DNA of 64,000 nt from Ylistrum balloti (Eukaryota): the NCBI RefSeq assembly GCF_031769215.1, contig NW_026782645.1:310001-374000 (forward strand), given 5' to 3'. The notes beneath the pieces are model-generated. The model was not told where the DNA came from and did no database searches. It was given only the letters and a program-made list of their open reading frames with translations. Below are positions 1 to 12,376 of the stretch, piece after piece. Made by a program: the position numbers and the translations under genes. Within the stretch, counting starts at the first letter, position 1. Each line of letters starts with the position of its first letter.

Positions 1-40
1 ATTGTCTCACTTAAAGCTAAACACCAATTGCAACACTTGA

Positions 41-156
41 CAGTAAACTTACGTGGCATTACCGCTCCACAGTAAACTTACGTGGCATTACCGCTCCACA
101 GTAAACTTACGTGGCATTACCACTCCACAGTAAACTTACGTGGCATTACCGCTCCA
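41..156. repeat. 29-bp tandem repeat x4 containing the exon-10 splice donor
   Basis: cagtaaacttacgtggcattaccgctcca at 41, 70, 99, 128. Confidence 0.95.
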
Positions 157-301
157 AATCTGCGTGGATCATCCTTAAGGAGTCTTTCCTTGAGTGACCT
201 ACGCCCTACACCATTTGCTCCAACAATAACTAGTGTTTTCCTCTCGAAAGGTGGCATCCGTGCTACCTCTTCATAGATCGTCAAGTCACATCTGTCAAAA
301 T
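140..301 (-). CDS. MPP6: MPP6-like coding exon 10, start of guanylate kinase-like domain (DFDRCDLTIYEEVARMPPFERKTLVIVGANGVGRRSLKERL...); gene continues beyond window start
   Basis: FDR....IYEEVA.MPPF.RKTLV..GA.GVGRRSLK motif; AG at 303-302, GTAAGT at 139. Confidence 0.95.
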
Positions 302-405
302 CTACAAACCAATTATATATAAGCATGAAATCTACAAACCAATCATATATAAGCATGAAATCTACAAACCAATCATATATAAGCATGAAATCTACAAACC
401 AATCA
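298..405. repeat. 30-bp tandem repeat x3.5 containing the exon-10 splice acceptor
   Basis: tctacaaaccaatcatatataagcatgaaa at 301, 331, 361, 391. Confidence 0.95.
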
Positions 406-715
406 AATGTAACCATTATATTCATGCTTTTTCCAGTTGAATTATCTTCTAAACAAAAAATTTGTTTTCATCTTTTTTCCGTTTTAATTCATTGTTTGAA
501 GGAAGATCATCCAGATAACCACAAATCTAATTATAATTCAAGAGATTTCTAAACATACTGATTTCAAGTAAAGAACAGTAATAACGAGGAAATCAGCCTA
601 AATTTACATCAACATAACTAAAGTTAGACCAAGGTCTGTCAGATTGTTAATATAACAATGTTCATTAATGTCATAATAAAGTGAGAACTGAACCCGTAAT
701 TATTGATTCACCAAC

Positions 716-775
716 CTGTGGTATTTTTTGTAGCATATTTGATCTTTTTCTTCTTCCGTCTTTTTAAACCACATA
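716..775 (-). CDS. MPP6: MPP6-like coding exon 9, basic HOOK region (LCGLKRRKKKKIKYATKNTT)
   Basis: 60-nt exon, ttttttccag acceptor, GTTGGT donor, phases match both neighbours. Confidence 0.88.
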
Positions 776-998
776 CTGGAAAAAAAACACAAGACAATAT
801 TCAGTCTGTGTAAATACATAGTGTTTGTTCTACATGTCAGTCACATGTATGTGGGATGGAGACATCACAAGTATTTCTTGTTAATCTCACAAAATATAGA
901 AATTACTTGCTTTTGAAACAATGAATTCCTAATTTTTCTATTAAAAAGACCCCCCAAAACAACCCAATAATGAAGTTATTGATCTATCACATACTTAC

Positions 999-1116
999 AT
1001 AAACTAGATTTTGAATAGTCATAGTCAGGCTGTACGAAGGCTTTTCTCTTCTCCTCCAGGGACTGTGAGGGAATCAAACCTGTTTGTCCATCCTCGTCTT
1101 TGGTCACAACCCTCGC
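999..1116 (-). CDS. MPP6: MPP6-like coding exon 8, SH3 end (ARVVTKDEDGQTGLIPSQSLEEKRKAFVQPDYDYSKSSL)
   Basis: GLIPS..LEEKRKAFV motif of MPP2/6; AG/GTAAGT. Confidence 0.93.
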
Positions 1117-1140
1117 CTGTGTAAACAGGGCAAAAGATAT

Positions 1141-1337
1141 ATGTCAAGGTCACAGAAATGTAAAACAATCCATGTCAAGGTCACAGAAATGTAAAACAAT
1201 CCATGTCAAGGTCACAGAAATGTAAAACAATCCATGTCAAGGTCACAGAAATGTAAAACAATCCATGTCAAGGTCACAGAAATGTAAAACAATCCATGTC
1301 AAGGTCAAACAATCCATGTCAAGGTCACAGAAATGTA
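1141..1337. repeat. 31-bp intronic minisatellite x~6
   Basis: atgtcaaggtcacagaaatgtaaaacaatcc repeated. Confidence 0.95.
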
Positions 1338-1476
1338 TAACGATAGATGCCAAGGACATAGAAAAGTCAAATATTCTTTGTCAATATTTAAAAAAGTTAA
1401 GGTTAAAAAAATATCAAATTCTATACAGAACTTGTTCCTGACAAATGTTTCTGATAAAAACATTGCCTTGACCTAC

Positions 1477-1608
1477 CTGCCACCAGTTCGGGTCTTCTGA
1501 ACTGAGGATTTGTAAGACGTCACCATCATTAAATGAGAGGCCAGCATCAGCACAGGGAATGAGTCGGTCTTTCTTGGGGTCATAGTTGAAGTGTGCACGC
1601 ATGTATTT
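1477..1608 (-). CDS. MPP6: MPP6-like coding exon 7, SH3 ([26 protein letters not shown]...DPNWWQ)
   Basis: Classic MAGUK SH3 motif, AG/GTAGGT boundaries, 132 nt. Confidence 0.95.
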
Positions 1609-1796
1609 CTACAGAAAGCATCAATACAATGTTAATGACCAAAGACATACGTATCAGGTGAACACTGCCCATCCTACATATAAACTTTAGTAACTTTGAC
1701 CCAATATTTAACAATCAACCCCTTCAGAATTAAGATATACCCATCATTTAGTGTAGAATTATTTATATTCCAGAATAATTAAAGTTTAACTTTTAT

Positions 1797-2490
1797 TGTG
1801 TTACTGTTAATCTTATCAGTGGGTCTACCACCCTTGTAAATTTCATGTGTTACTGTAAATCTGATCAGTGGGTCTACCACCCTTGTAAATTTCATGTGTT
1901 ACTGTAAATCTGATCAGTGGGTCTACCACCCTTGTAAATTTCATCTGTTACTGTAAATCTGATCAGTGGGTCTACCACCCTTGTAAATTTCATCTGTTAC
2001 TGTAAATCTGATCAGTGGGTCTACCACCCTTGTAAATTTCATCTGTTACTGTAAATCTGATCAGTGGGTCTACCACCCTTGTAAATTTCATGTGTTACTG
2101 TAAATCTGATCAGTGGGTCTACCACCCTTGTAAATTTCATGTGTTACTGTAAATCTGATCAGTGGGTCTACCACCCTTGTAAATTTCATGTGTTACTGTA
2201 AATCTGATCAGTGGGTCTACCACCCTTGTAAATTTCATGTGTTACTGTAAATCTGATCAGTGGGTCTACCACCCTTGTAAATTTCATGTGTTACTGTAAA
2301 TCTGATCAGTGGGTCTACCACCCTTGTAAATTTCATGTGTTACTGTAAATCTGATCAGTGGGTCTACCACCCTTGTAAATTTCATGTGTTACTGTAAATC
2401 TGATCAGTGGGTCTACCACCCTTGTAAATTTCATGTGTTACTGTAAATCTGATCAGTGGGTCTACCACCCTTGTAAATTTCATGTGTTAC
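1797..2490. repeat. 49-bp intronic minisatellite x14
   Basis: atcagtgggtctaccacccttgtaaatttcatgtgttactgtaaatctg every 49 nt. Confidence 0.97.
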
Positions 2491-2541
2491 CTGTGGCTTC
2501 AGTTCTTAGGTTTAACACAACTGGGACAATTTTTGTGTTAC

Positions 2542-2690
2542 CTGTGATTTAATCTGTGGATCTACCACAGTTGGGACAATTTTTAATGTTATGGATCCTT
2601 CTGTGAACCGGATAATCTCCATCAGCTGCTCCGGAGAGAACACCTGGAGACCATTCACTTCTTTTATGATGTCTCCTACATGTAGTAAAC
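2542..2690 (-). CDS. MPP6: MPP6-like coding exon 6, PDZ (GLLHVGDIIKEVNG...SITLKIVPTVVDPQIKSQ)
   Basis: LLHVGD..EVNG PDZ signature; tctttttcag acceptor, GTAACA donor; 149 nt restores phase 0. Confidence 0.92.
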
Positions 2691-2905
2691 CTGAAAAAGA
2701 AAGTCATTTTGAGAACTACAAATAGTCAGGTATTCTGACAAACCAAAAAGTCCAGACCATGTAATGTATTCAGAAGTCACATGACCATTAGATGTTGAAT
2801 GGTCTGTTATTTGTATCAGAAAATACTATGGGATTTTAGGCCAACATGTGTGGTGGGTTATGATAGATTCAAGGGAGATCACTCTGAGATATTGCTATAT
2901 CTTAC

Positions 2906-2984
2906 CTTGCTTGTCTATCATGCTTCCAGACATGATTCGTGCAATGACAAGGTCACTGTGTTCATCAATCTTCACCGTGATTCC
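2906..2984 (-). CDS. MPP6: MPP6-like coding exon 5, PDZ (GITVKIDEHSDLVIARIMSGSMIDKQ)
   Basis: PDZ motif, AG/GTAAG boundaries, 79 nt. Confidence 0.92.
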
Positions 2985-3587
2985 CTGTAACACACAAATA
3001 TAATGTCTCTCAACAACACAATTTAAATTAGTATGGCCTTGAGATCTACATGTTCAGGCCAAACAAACAAATTATAGTAAATTATAGTGACAATGTCTCT
3101 CAACAATGCTAGAAACAGTCAATTAACTGGTTGTGACCTAGAGATAAACATATACAGGTCAAACAAACATCTGAAGTCTCTCAAAAAGTTTATTTAATAA
3201 TAAAGTTCAAGTGATTTGTACTAAGTGCATCTTAATTGAGATCTATAAAAAAATTGTTTAATTTTAGCAGATGTTTCATTTAATTTGTTCAAAAACAAAA
3301 TGTCATGTTTTATCTTCTATGAAGAGAACAATATAAAACTTGTTGGTTTCCTGGTTTACAGACATCGTGTTTTACATATTGAAGAAACAACTTCTGCCAT
3401 CTTGACTCAACATTCAAAACCTCCATAAGGTCATGTTACACAGGGGCATTAAGTGTACAAACCACAGGAAAATCTTATCATTATGAAATCTCTGTAGGTC
3501 AGACCAAACCAAACCAATTTTGTACTTAATATGTTTCCTGTCCCTTATAGCAATGTCCAGTCTTCAGTCACCAGAGACTTAACTTAC

Positions 3588-3746
3588 CAAGGGAGCATTT
3601 TTGTCCTTACGAATCCCAACGAGGCGGACTTGGTCAGCCACGTTGTTGAAAACCATGGGAGGTGGAGGAGCACTCAACTGTGTGACGTCGTTAACTTCCT
3701 CTTCATAATTCTTGTCTGCAACATCGTCATACGCAGCCATCATGGC
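3588..3746 (-). CDS. MPP6: MPP6-like coding exon 4, end of L27, linker and start of PDZ (AMMAAYDDVADKNY...VRLVGIRKDKNAPL)
   Basis: ttttag acceptor, GTAAGT donor, 159 nt in frame. Confidence 0.9.
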
Positions 3747-3974
3747 CTAAAATACAGCAAGAAATGTTCTAAAAAAGTAGGTCATGGGTCATCATTTAAA
3801 CATTTCTGAGTGCTTTTAATCAAAGTGGTGTGATACCTGATGCAGTGGTGTGATACCTGATGGAGTGAACTGGCTTTAGTCTTACTAAGTAAGGAAATCT
3901 TTGTTTGATAATAAGCCTGTGTTACACCATTTCCAGGTTGAATGTGTTTTATTCCACAATGGGGTGAGACTTAC

Positions 3975-4127
3975 TATAAAATGCGGTGATGAGAGAATTT
4001 TCTCCAGCTCTTCAGCTTCAGAATCAGTTCCTAAACTGGCAATCTCATTGATACAGTCAGCCACCATCCTACTGCCTGATTCGTCACTCGGCTCGTCCAC
4101 AGGGTCTTGTTCCAGGCGTTCTTGGGC
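3975..4127 (-). CDS. MPP6: MPP6-like coding exon 3, second L27 (AQERLEQDP...ELEKILSSPHFI)
   Basis: ttattacag acceptor, GTAAGT donor, 153 nt; resembles the AHERLE...EPHF segment of MPP6. Confidence 0.9.
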
Positions 4128-4270
4128 CTGTAATAAATGCACTCTTTCAAAACATTTCATGGTGTGTCAAATGAGGTAGTTTCCATCCTGAGGAGTTCCT
4201 AGTAAATCTGCCTGCATTTCAAGAAATGCTACCCATCATCATGTTTTTAACTAACTGAACTGGTAACCCA

Positions 4271-4510
4271 AGTAGAGGACTCTCAAGGATCTGTTAGAGG
4301 AAGGCTACACTGGCTTACCTGTACTAATGAGTCCAGTAGAGGACTCTCAAGGATCTGTTAGAGGAAGGCTACACTGGCTTACCTGTACTAATGAGTCCAG
4401 TAGAGGACTCTCAAGGATCTGTTAGAGGAAGGCTACACTGACTTACCTGTACTAGTGACTCCGGTAGAGGACTCTCAAGGATCTATTAGAGGAAGACAAC
4501 ACCGACTTAC
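4271..4510. repeat. 64-bp tandem repeat x~3.7 duplicating the 3' end of exon 2 and its donor
   Basis: Minus-strand GTAAG donors at 4510, 4446, 4382, 4318. Confidence 0.95.
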
Positions 4511-4632
4511 CTGTACTAGTGACTCCAGTAGAGGACTCTCAAGAAATTGTTGAAGGAAGGCTAAGTCATTTTGTTCGGCACCGACTTTATCTCCAATGTC
4601 ACCAAGGTTGTCCTGCAGAGTTTGTAGCGAGG
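4511..4632 (-). CDS. MPP6: MPP6-like coding exon 2, first L27 domain (ASLQTLQDNLGDIGDKVGAEQNDLAFLQQFLESPLLESLVQ)
   Basis: AG/GTAAGT boundaries; resembles the MPP2/6 N-terminal L27; 122 nt keeps frame. Confidence 0.85.
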
Positions 4633-5142
4633 CTTGAGAAAGAATTATCTCAGATTAAAAGTCATGTAAAATAGAGAATCATGTGAAGTCATAAGAACTG
4701 TAAAACAAAACCTTTATTGGAACTTACCCTGCTCCACAAACTTTTATTTTTGATATCAATATAAGTGACACAACTCCCTTGAAATAAATTGAAGGTTAAA
4801 AATAATTGAGAATAGGTTCACAGCTTGTTTCATTTCTGATGTATCAATCATATATGTGAACCATGTTACAGAGAACTTGGTAAAAAAATTCATAAAGGGG
4901 CATTACTCTTAGGAAATTAAACTAAAATAAAAAGCAGTGAACTTATCACTATCTAGCAGATATATAGATTAATTACTATCTCATGGGACAGATTTATGAA
5001 TGTAATGGCAGATCAAATATGTGTTTGACTGATATAAATGGTACAATGATGAAACAATAAATTCACAATATCACATTTTTTTATTTCTATAATTCTTCAT
5101 GTTATCAAATGAAATACAACCTGGATATTAGGTGAGGTCACA

Positions 5143-5540
5143 AACTGACATGATATTTCACACTATACAAAACTGACATGATATTTCACACTATACAAAA
5201 CTGACATGATATTTCACACTATACAAAACGGACATGATATTTCACACTATACTATATGGATATGATATTTCACACTATACAAAACTGACATGATATTTCA
5301 CACTATACAAAACTGACATGATATTTCACACTATACAAAACTGACATGATATTTCACACTATACAAAACGGACATGATATTTCACACTATACAAAACTGA
5401 CATGATATTTCACACTATACAAAACTGACATGATATTTCACACTATACAAAACTGACATGATATTTCACACTATACAAAACTGACATGATATTTCACACT
5501 ATACTATATGGATATGATATTTCACAGTATACAAAACTGA
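5143..5540. repeat. 28-bp minisatellite x~14 abutting the exon-1 donor
   Basis: acaaaactgacatgatatttcacactat repeated. Confidence 0.95.
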
Positions 5541-5548
5541 GGACTTAC

Positions 5549-5579
5549 CTAAGCCCGCCCCATCAGTTGCAGCCGGCAT
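5549..5579 (-). CDS. MPP6: MAGUK p55 subfamily member (MPP6/PALS2- or MPP2-like), coding exon 1 (MPAATDGAGL)
   Basis: ATG at 5579 with an in-frame TGA upstream, acceptor ttttcttttctcag at 5597, donor GTAAGT at 5548; phase 1 fits the next exon. MPP6 vs MPP2 cannot be resolved by eye. Confidence 0.75.
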
Positions 5580-6061
5580 CACTCAGCAGGTGGAATCTGA
5601 GAAAAGAAAACATCACTTTGTTGATAAATCAAAGTACATGAACAAGAATCCATAAGCTATCCTAGTCACATGTTTAACTGATCTACGTTAATTACATGTA
5701 CATTAGGTATAATTAATGATAAATAACAATTAATTACACTTCCAGGCTAGATAACCACATAAGTTTGTGAAAATAACCTGACATGTTCTTCCTTTTGTAA
5801 TTGTAAAGCAACAGCTGATCTATTGTCTCCAATGCACAATGTTATTACCACTTTTCCTGTGTTAGGACCTGTTCTCAATTATATACATTATTATAACTTA
5901 AAACAGAAGGCCTATTGTACATACTGAAATATCTGACAGTCAGGGGGATGAATTCTGTTATATGTATACACAGCAGACTTTGTAACATTTTTATATTGTA
6001 CCTCATAGGTATAAGAGACGTATCATTTTCTCAAAATATGTAAACATTGTGTATTTCATTG

Positions 6062-6811
6062 ATCTAATTACACTGCGTAGGCATATACAAAGGGACACTG
6101 ATATTTACTGTGATGTTTATGTTGTTGTCTGAAAACATCTAATTAAACTGCGTAGGTATATACAAAGGGACACTGATATTTACTGTGATGTTTATGTTGT
6201 TGTCTGAAAACATCTAATTAAACTGCGTAGGTATATACAAAGGTACACTGATATTTACTGTGATGTTTATGTTGTTGTCTGAAAACATCTAATTAAACTG
6301 TGTAGGTATATACAAAGGTACACTGATATTTACTGTGATGTTTATGTTGTTGTCTGAAAACATCTAATTAAACTGCGTAGGTATATACAAAGGGACACTG
6401 ATATTTACTGTGATGTTTATGTTGTTGTCTGAAAACATCTAATTAAACTGCGTAGGTATATACAAAGGGACACTGATATTTACTGTGATGTTTATGTTGT
6501 TGTCTGAAAACATCTAATTAAACTGCGTAGGTATATACAAAGGGACACTGATATTTACTGTGATGTTTATGTTGTTGTCTGAAAACATCTAATTAAACTG
6601 CGTAGGTATATACAAAGGTACACTGATATTTACTGTGATGTTTATGTTGTTGTCTGAAAACATCTAATTAAACTGTGTAGGTATATACAAAGGTACACTG
6701 ATATTTACTGTGATGTTTATGTTGTTGTCTGAAAACATCTAATTAAACTGTGTAGGTATATACAAAGGTACACTGATATTTACTGTGATGTTTATGTTGT
6801 TGTCTGAAAAC
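6062..6811. repeat. 75-bp tandem repeat x10
   Basis: catctaattaaactgcgtagg...tgtctgaaaa at 75-nt spacing (6136, 6211, 6286, 6361...). Confidence 0.96.
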
Positions 6812-8199
6812 ACAAAAAAGAGAAAATGATACAAATAAAACTTGATTTGAAATGTTATTTACACCAATGAAATGCTGTTTTTAAAGCTGATATATAAACT
6901 CTCTAGTCTTTACATTACTAAACCTAACCATGGTATAGTTTGAAGATTTTGCTTGCGAGTGTGATACACAAAACTTACTTGTATTGCTAAAAATTTAGGG
7001 AAATTCAACTCTGAACTTAATAAATTTTTTTTAATATCAACATGAAACTTGGTACATAGGTGTTATCGTCGTATTTATAAAATATTTTCTGATGTTGCTA
7101 ACTTTATTGAGTATTTTCAAAGTTACAGCCTAAGCCATCCATGTTGTTTGTATAAAGCATGCATGCTGTTGATCTTTCTAGAGTAAAATAGTCATACCTT
7201 AGTCTTTTTTTCATATATGAAACTGAAACTTCATACATTATAATCATATCAACAACATATCTTTAAATGTTACCAGCTTTATTAGATATTCAAGAAACAA
7301 ATCAGCTACTTGCAAGGATGACACACAAGTATATGTGTACCGCTGATGATTGTAGGAAGTTCAACTCTCCCTAACTCAACCATTTTTTTTCAAACATTAA
7401 AGTGAGATGTGGTGCATACGTGTATTAGAGTCACATGGAGATTTGACATATGTTTTGAGGTTGCTAACTTTAAGTAGTATTTTTTAAAGATATTTTCTGC
7501 AGATACTTTCTGATTCATGGTTGTCATCACTTCTTGATGTCGTTTTGATAGATCTGTCAAAAAGTATTGGCCATGATCTTGCATTTTGGCTATATAACTG
7601 GGTATTTTTTTCAGGTAGTCCGCCAAGCTTTATCAACTACCTATTTGTATACATAAAGCCTTTCACATTAAGACATGATAGTCCTCCCAATCATTCTGCA
7701 CTGAGTGGGTTTTCGTCCTTAACAACCTAGAACAACATAAACCATCTTTTCTTTATCTATTCCAAAATGGATATTTTTGGTTGTGTTTGGTCAAACACCA
7801 GAATAATTCCAAAGAGTTTTACGGAGTATGGATCTGAGTCTTATTGATCATGGAGCTGAGTCAGAACCAGATTTCAACTTTTTTATCACAAACATTGATA
7901 TACATTATTTATTTGCTGAATTTTACAAAATGCACACATTCATTGGTCGGACACCAGAGCGTGGAGAAACTAGATTGTACATTTGTATGATATGAGTAAG
8001 TCATAATTAACATTGACCGGAGGGGTATCGCAATGTCAATAATTACACGTCTGAGGTACCCGTGGGGTAGTGTTTGTTTTACATGTGTACACAGTGGGGT
8101 ACCAAAGGGGTAATGCAGTTTCGGCAAATCCCTGGCGTGAACCTTACATAACCGGAACATATTGACCCACCATGTAGGTTGTATACATAAGTTACAAAA

Positions 8200-8700
8200 G
8201 AAACACAAATTCGTGCAATCTGTTGAAACTGGAAGAGCGTTCTTTCACAATTCACTGCCAAACTTGCTGTAGTATTCGCTTCCGTATTGGGGTCGGCCAT
8301 GTTTTCTCACACCTGAGTCGACTGACAAATTTTAGTGTTTTCTGGCTTGAACGTCAGAGGGACGATCAACTGGTTTAACGCAAAATGCTTATATATCTGC
8401 CAGCTCTCGATGACACGACACATTCGCTCTCAACTTGTAACATTTGATATTTTAACAATATTTACCTCACCTGTAATTCCTCGTTAGGGCTTTCCAGGAC
8501 GCGATGAGAGAGCACCTGGATCACGTGACACAAATAAACTAACCGAACTATTTTGTCACGCCCTTTTTCATTGGTCCGAAATCACAGGCATTCCCGTACC
8601 GCTGAACATCCAGCGGTTTAACAGAAATACCGTCGAACTTACTCATCAGTTCTCGTCAGTGGACATAAAACCTTTTAAAATAACACAACAGTCATATTTT
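8200..8700 (-). promoter_or_regulatory. Probable promoter / non-coding first exon region of the MPP6-like gene
   Basis: Locally CpG-richer stretch, minus-strand donor-like sites CAG|GTGAGG (8470) and GA|GTAAGT (~8642), TCACGTGA E-box near 8521; inference only. Confidence 0.35.
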
Positions 8701-10684
8701 GTAAAGGAAAACCCATTGCAACGCGTAATTAATTATTTAACGCAAGTCTCGTTATATCTATCTTCAAAATTCAACTGTGCGTGATTTACAAAATCAAATA
8801 TTTTGTATTTTTTAAAAATGTTTTATTTACTAAATTACTTTTTTTGTTGTCGCGTGATTTTTATTTCAAAGCGAGATAAATGAGGAGAATTTGTGTCTCC
8901 TTTGAGTTCAAGACGATCTAGTTATATATAGTGAATATCAGTTACCGTTTCCCCATTAGTAAGGGGAGGTAACTCGTGAAGTATTGTGATATTACGATGG
9001 CTGAAAATGTATGATTATATTTTCTTGAATAAAAGCAATCTTTTCAAATCACTCCAACATCAAACAAATTGACTTTCACATATTGTTTTCATGTGTTTTT
9101 CTGTTTACCATAAAACAATTAACATCTTCATTTTTGAATACTTGATCACTATCATTAAACAAACTGATCAATCTGTCTTTACAGGTGGTTATTATTGCAA
9201 TCATTTATTTCTTCGTTACTAAAGTACAATCAAAGTATGGTTTTATTTTTTTGGTAAATATGAAATAAAAACATATGGATTCTCTGATCTAAAAATTTAA
9301 GCAGAATGACACTTTGAAAGCTTAGATATTTTGAAAAAGAAATATTGGTAACTATGATAACTGATTACACAGTTTATAGCATATTAACATAGAAATATCT
9401 TTAAGGTTCAATTTCAATTTCATTGCAAACTAATCATTGTTAAAAAATATTTAAGTTTTCTTTCTGTCCTAGTGATGAATCAATTAGATATTTGGTGATT
9501 AAACCTTAATAAAATTTTTAATGACCTTATTTTGAATATTTTTTCTAAATGAAGATTTTCATTTCATCACATTTTTTTTCTTCTTTTTTTAAAAGATATT
9601 TTCAACATTTCTTATTTTATAGATTGAGAAGTTTTAAACTTACAAATATTCTAGTGTATTAAAATGCCTTTTTTTGTATTGGTAGAGTTTTAAATATGAG
9701 TTTGAAGAGATGGCAGCATTGTGTTTATATTAAACTGAAGGATTTTTATACTCCAATTTATTTACATTCATTTGTTGTGATACAATTTTATCTGATCTCA
9801 TATTTTACATTTTTATGCCAAGTTTGTTTCTATTCAGTTTGGTTAAATATCACATCCTCAAACTGATGTTATCTTTATCACAATGATGTCAAATGTTGTT
9901 CCATCATATGTGTACCAGTAATTTTGTCAAATGTGAAGCTCCTTGATGAACCATTCAAAGTTGTGGGACGGAAAGTTGGAAGAGTTATCTACCGTTTGTT
10001 TAAAGATGTGCTGATGATGAATGACTCTTTGGTACATTTTTAAAAATTGTGTTTCAGTTACAAAATAAAAGTGCTTAATTATCAGTGAAATACTATTTGT
10101 TGTAATTCCTATTTAAAATTAGACCTACAACTTAAGGTGTCTACAAATGGTAAAAGATGTTCTCGAAGAGGTTGTGTTTGCCAGACTAAAACAGACAGGT
10201 GTGCTTAACTGTGTGTTAGAAAAATATTATATGGGATCTTATAACCCTAAATCCTTGTTAAATGTCAAGGTCGAATTTGGTTCTACTATATATCAGTTTA
10301 GCTACCGAATTTGAAATCATGATTGATTCTCACAGTGAGGAATGTCTCTTCAAATTTCATATTCTTCAAATTTTGACGAAAGCTTTCATTTATTTCGATT
10401 CTTAATTTAACTAGTGGTACCTGAAGTAATGGATTTACAATGAAAACTTACACATGATTAAATGCTTTGACATGAAATTCAAGGGAGATAACTGTTAACA
10501 TGACTGCAAGTAGTAAATCCTGGACTGAAAACAAGGAATAAGTGAAATTTCACTTGTGGAATGAATGTTTGCTGTATATAAACCAGCAGTAGCTTTACTT
10601 GTGTGTAAAATAGACACACTGTACAACGACATACTGTGTAATTAACTACACTGTAAAGTGACACATTAAGACTATCTTGATACA

Positions 10685-12376
10685 TTAAGACTTGCTGTAT
10701 ACAAATTATGAATAGCTGTATACATTGTGACTAGCTGGATACATCAGACTTGCTGTATACACATTTAGACTAGCTGGATACATCAGACTTGCTGTATACA
10801 CATTGTGACTAGCTGGATACACTCCTTGTGACTAGATGGATACATCAGACTTTCTGTATACACATTTAGACTTGCTGGATACATCAGACTTGCTGTATAC
10901 ACATTTAGACTAGCTGGATACATCAGACTTGCTGTAGACTCCTTGTGACTAGCTGGATACATCAGACTTTCTGTATACACATTTAGACTAGCTGGATACA
11001 TCAGACTTTCTGTAGACAGATTTAGACTAGCTGGATACATCAGACTTGCTGTAGACACATTAAGACTTGCTGGATACATCAGACTTGCTGTAAACACATT
11101 AAGACTAGCTGGATACATCAGACTTTCTGTATACACATTAGGACTAGCTGGATACATCAGACTTGCTGTATACACATTTAGACTAGCTGGATACATCAGA
11201 CTTGCTGTAGACACATTTAGATTAGCTGGATACATCAGACTTGCTGTAGACACATTTAGATTAGCTGGATACATCAGACTTGCTGTAGACACATTAAGAC
11301 TTGCTGGATACATCAGACTTTCTGTATACACATTTAGATTAGCTGGATACATCAGACTTGCTGTATACACATTTAGATTAGCTGGATACATCAGACTTGC
11401 TGTATACACATGATGACTAGCTGGATACATCAGACTTGCTGTAAACACATTTAGACTAGCTGGATACATCAGACTTGCTGTAGACTCCTTGTGACTAGCT
11501 GGATACATCAGACTTGCTGTATACACATTTAGATTAGCTGGATACATCAGACTTGCTGTATACACATTTAGATTAGCTGGATACATCAGACTTGCTATAG
11601 ACACATTTAGATTAGCTGGATACATCAGACTTGCTGTATACACATTATGACTAGCTGGATACATCAGACTTGCTATAGACACATTTAGATTAGCTGGATA
11701 CATCAGACTTGCTGTATACACATTAGGACTAGCTGACTAGCTGGATACATCAGACTTGCTGTAGACACATTTAGATTAGCTGGATACATCAGACTTGCTG
11801 TAGACACATTTAGATTAGCTGGATACATCAGACTTGCTGTATACACATTAAGACTAGCTGGATACATCAGACTTTCTGTATACACATTTAGACTAGCTGG
11901 ATACATCAGACTTGCTGTAGACTCCTTGTGACTAGCTGGATACATCAGACTTGCTGTATACACATTTAGACTAGCTGGATACATCAGACTTGCTGTATAC
12001 ACATTTAGACTAGCTGGATACATCAGACTTGCTGTATACACATTATGACTAGCTGGATACATCAGACTTTCTGTATACACATTTAGACTAGCTGGATACA
12101 TCAGACTTGCTGTATACACATTTAGACTAGCTGGATACATCAGACTTGCTGTATACACATTATGACTAGCTGGATACATCAGACTTGCTGTAGACACATT
12201 TAGATTAGCTGGATACATCAGACTTGCTGTATACACATTATGACTAGCTGGATACATCAGACTTGCTGTAGACACATTTAGATTAGCTGGATACATCAGA
12301 CTTGCTGTAGACAGACTTGCTGTATACACATTATGACTAGCTGGATACATCAGACTTGCTGTATACACATTATGAC
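10685..12376. repeat. 39-bp minisatellite, roughly 43 copies
   Basis: ctagctggatacatcagacttgctgtatacacatttaga; the 13-aa periodic ORFs are a by-product. Confidence 0.97.

Noticed and set aside
6062-6811. TGATG...CTGA in the 75-bp unit as a C/D snoRNA; also checked for twister or hammerhead
   Set aside because: Box C imperfect, no terminal stem, no ribozyme core
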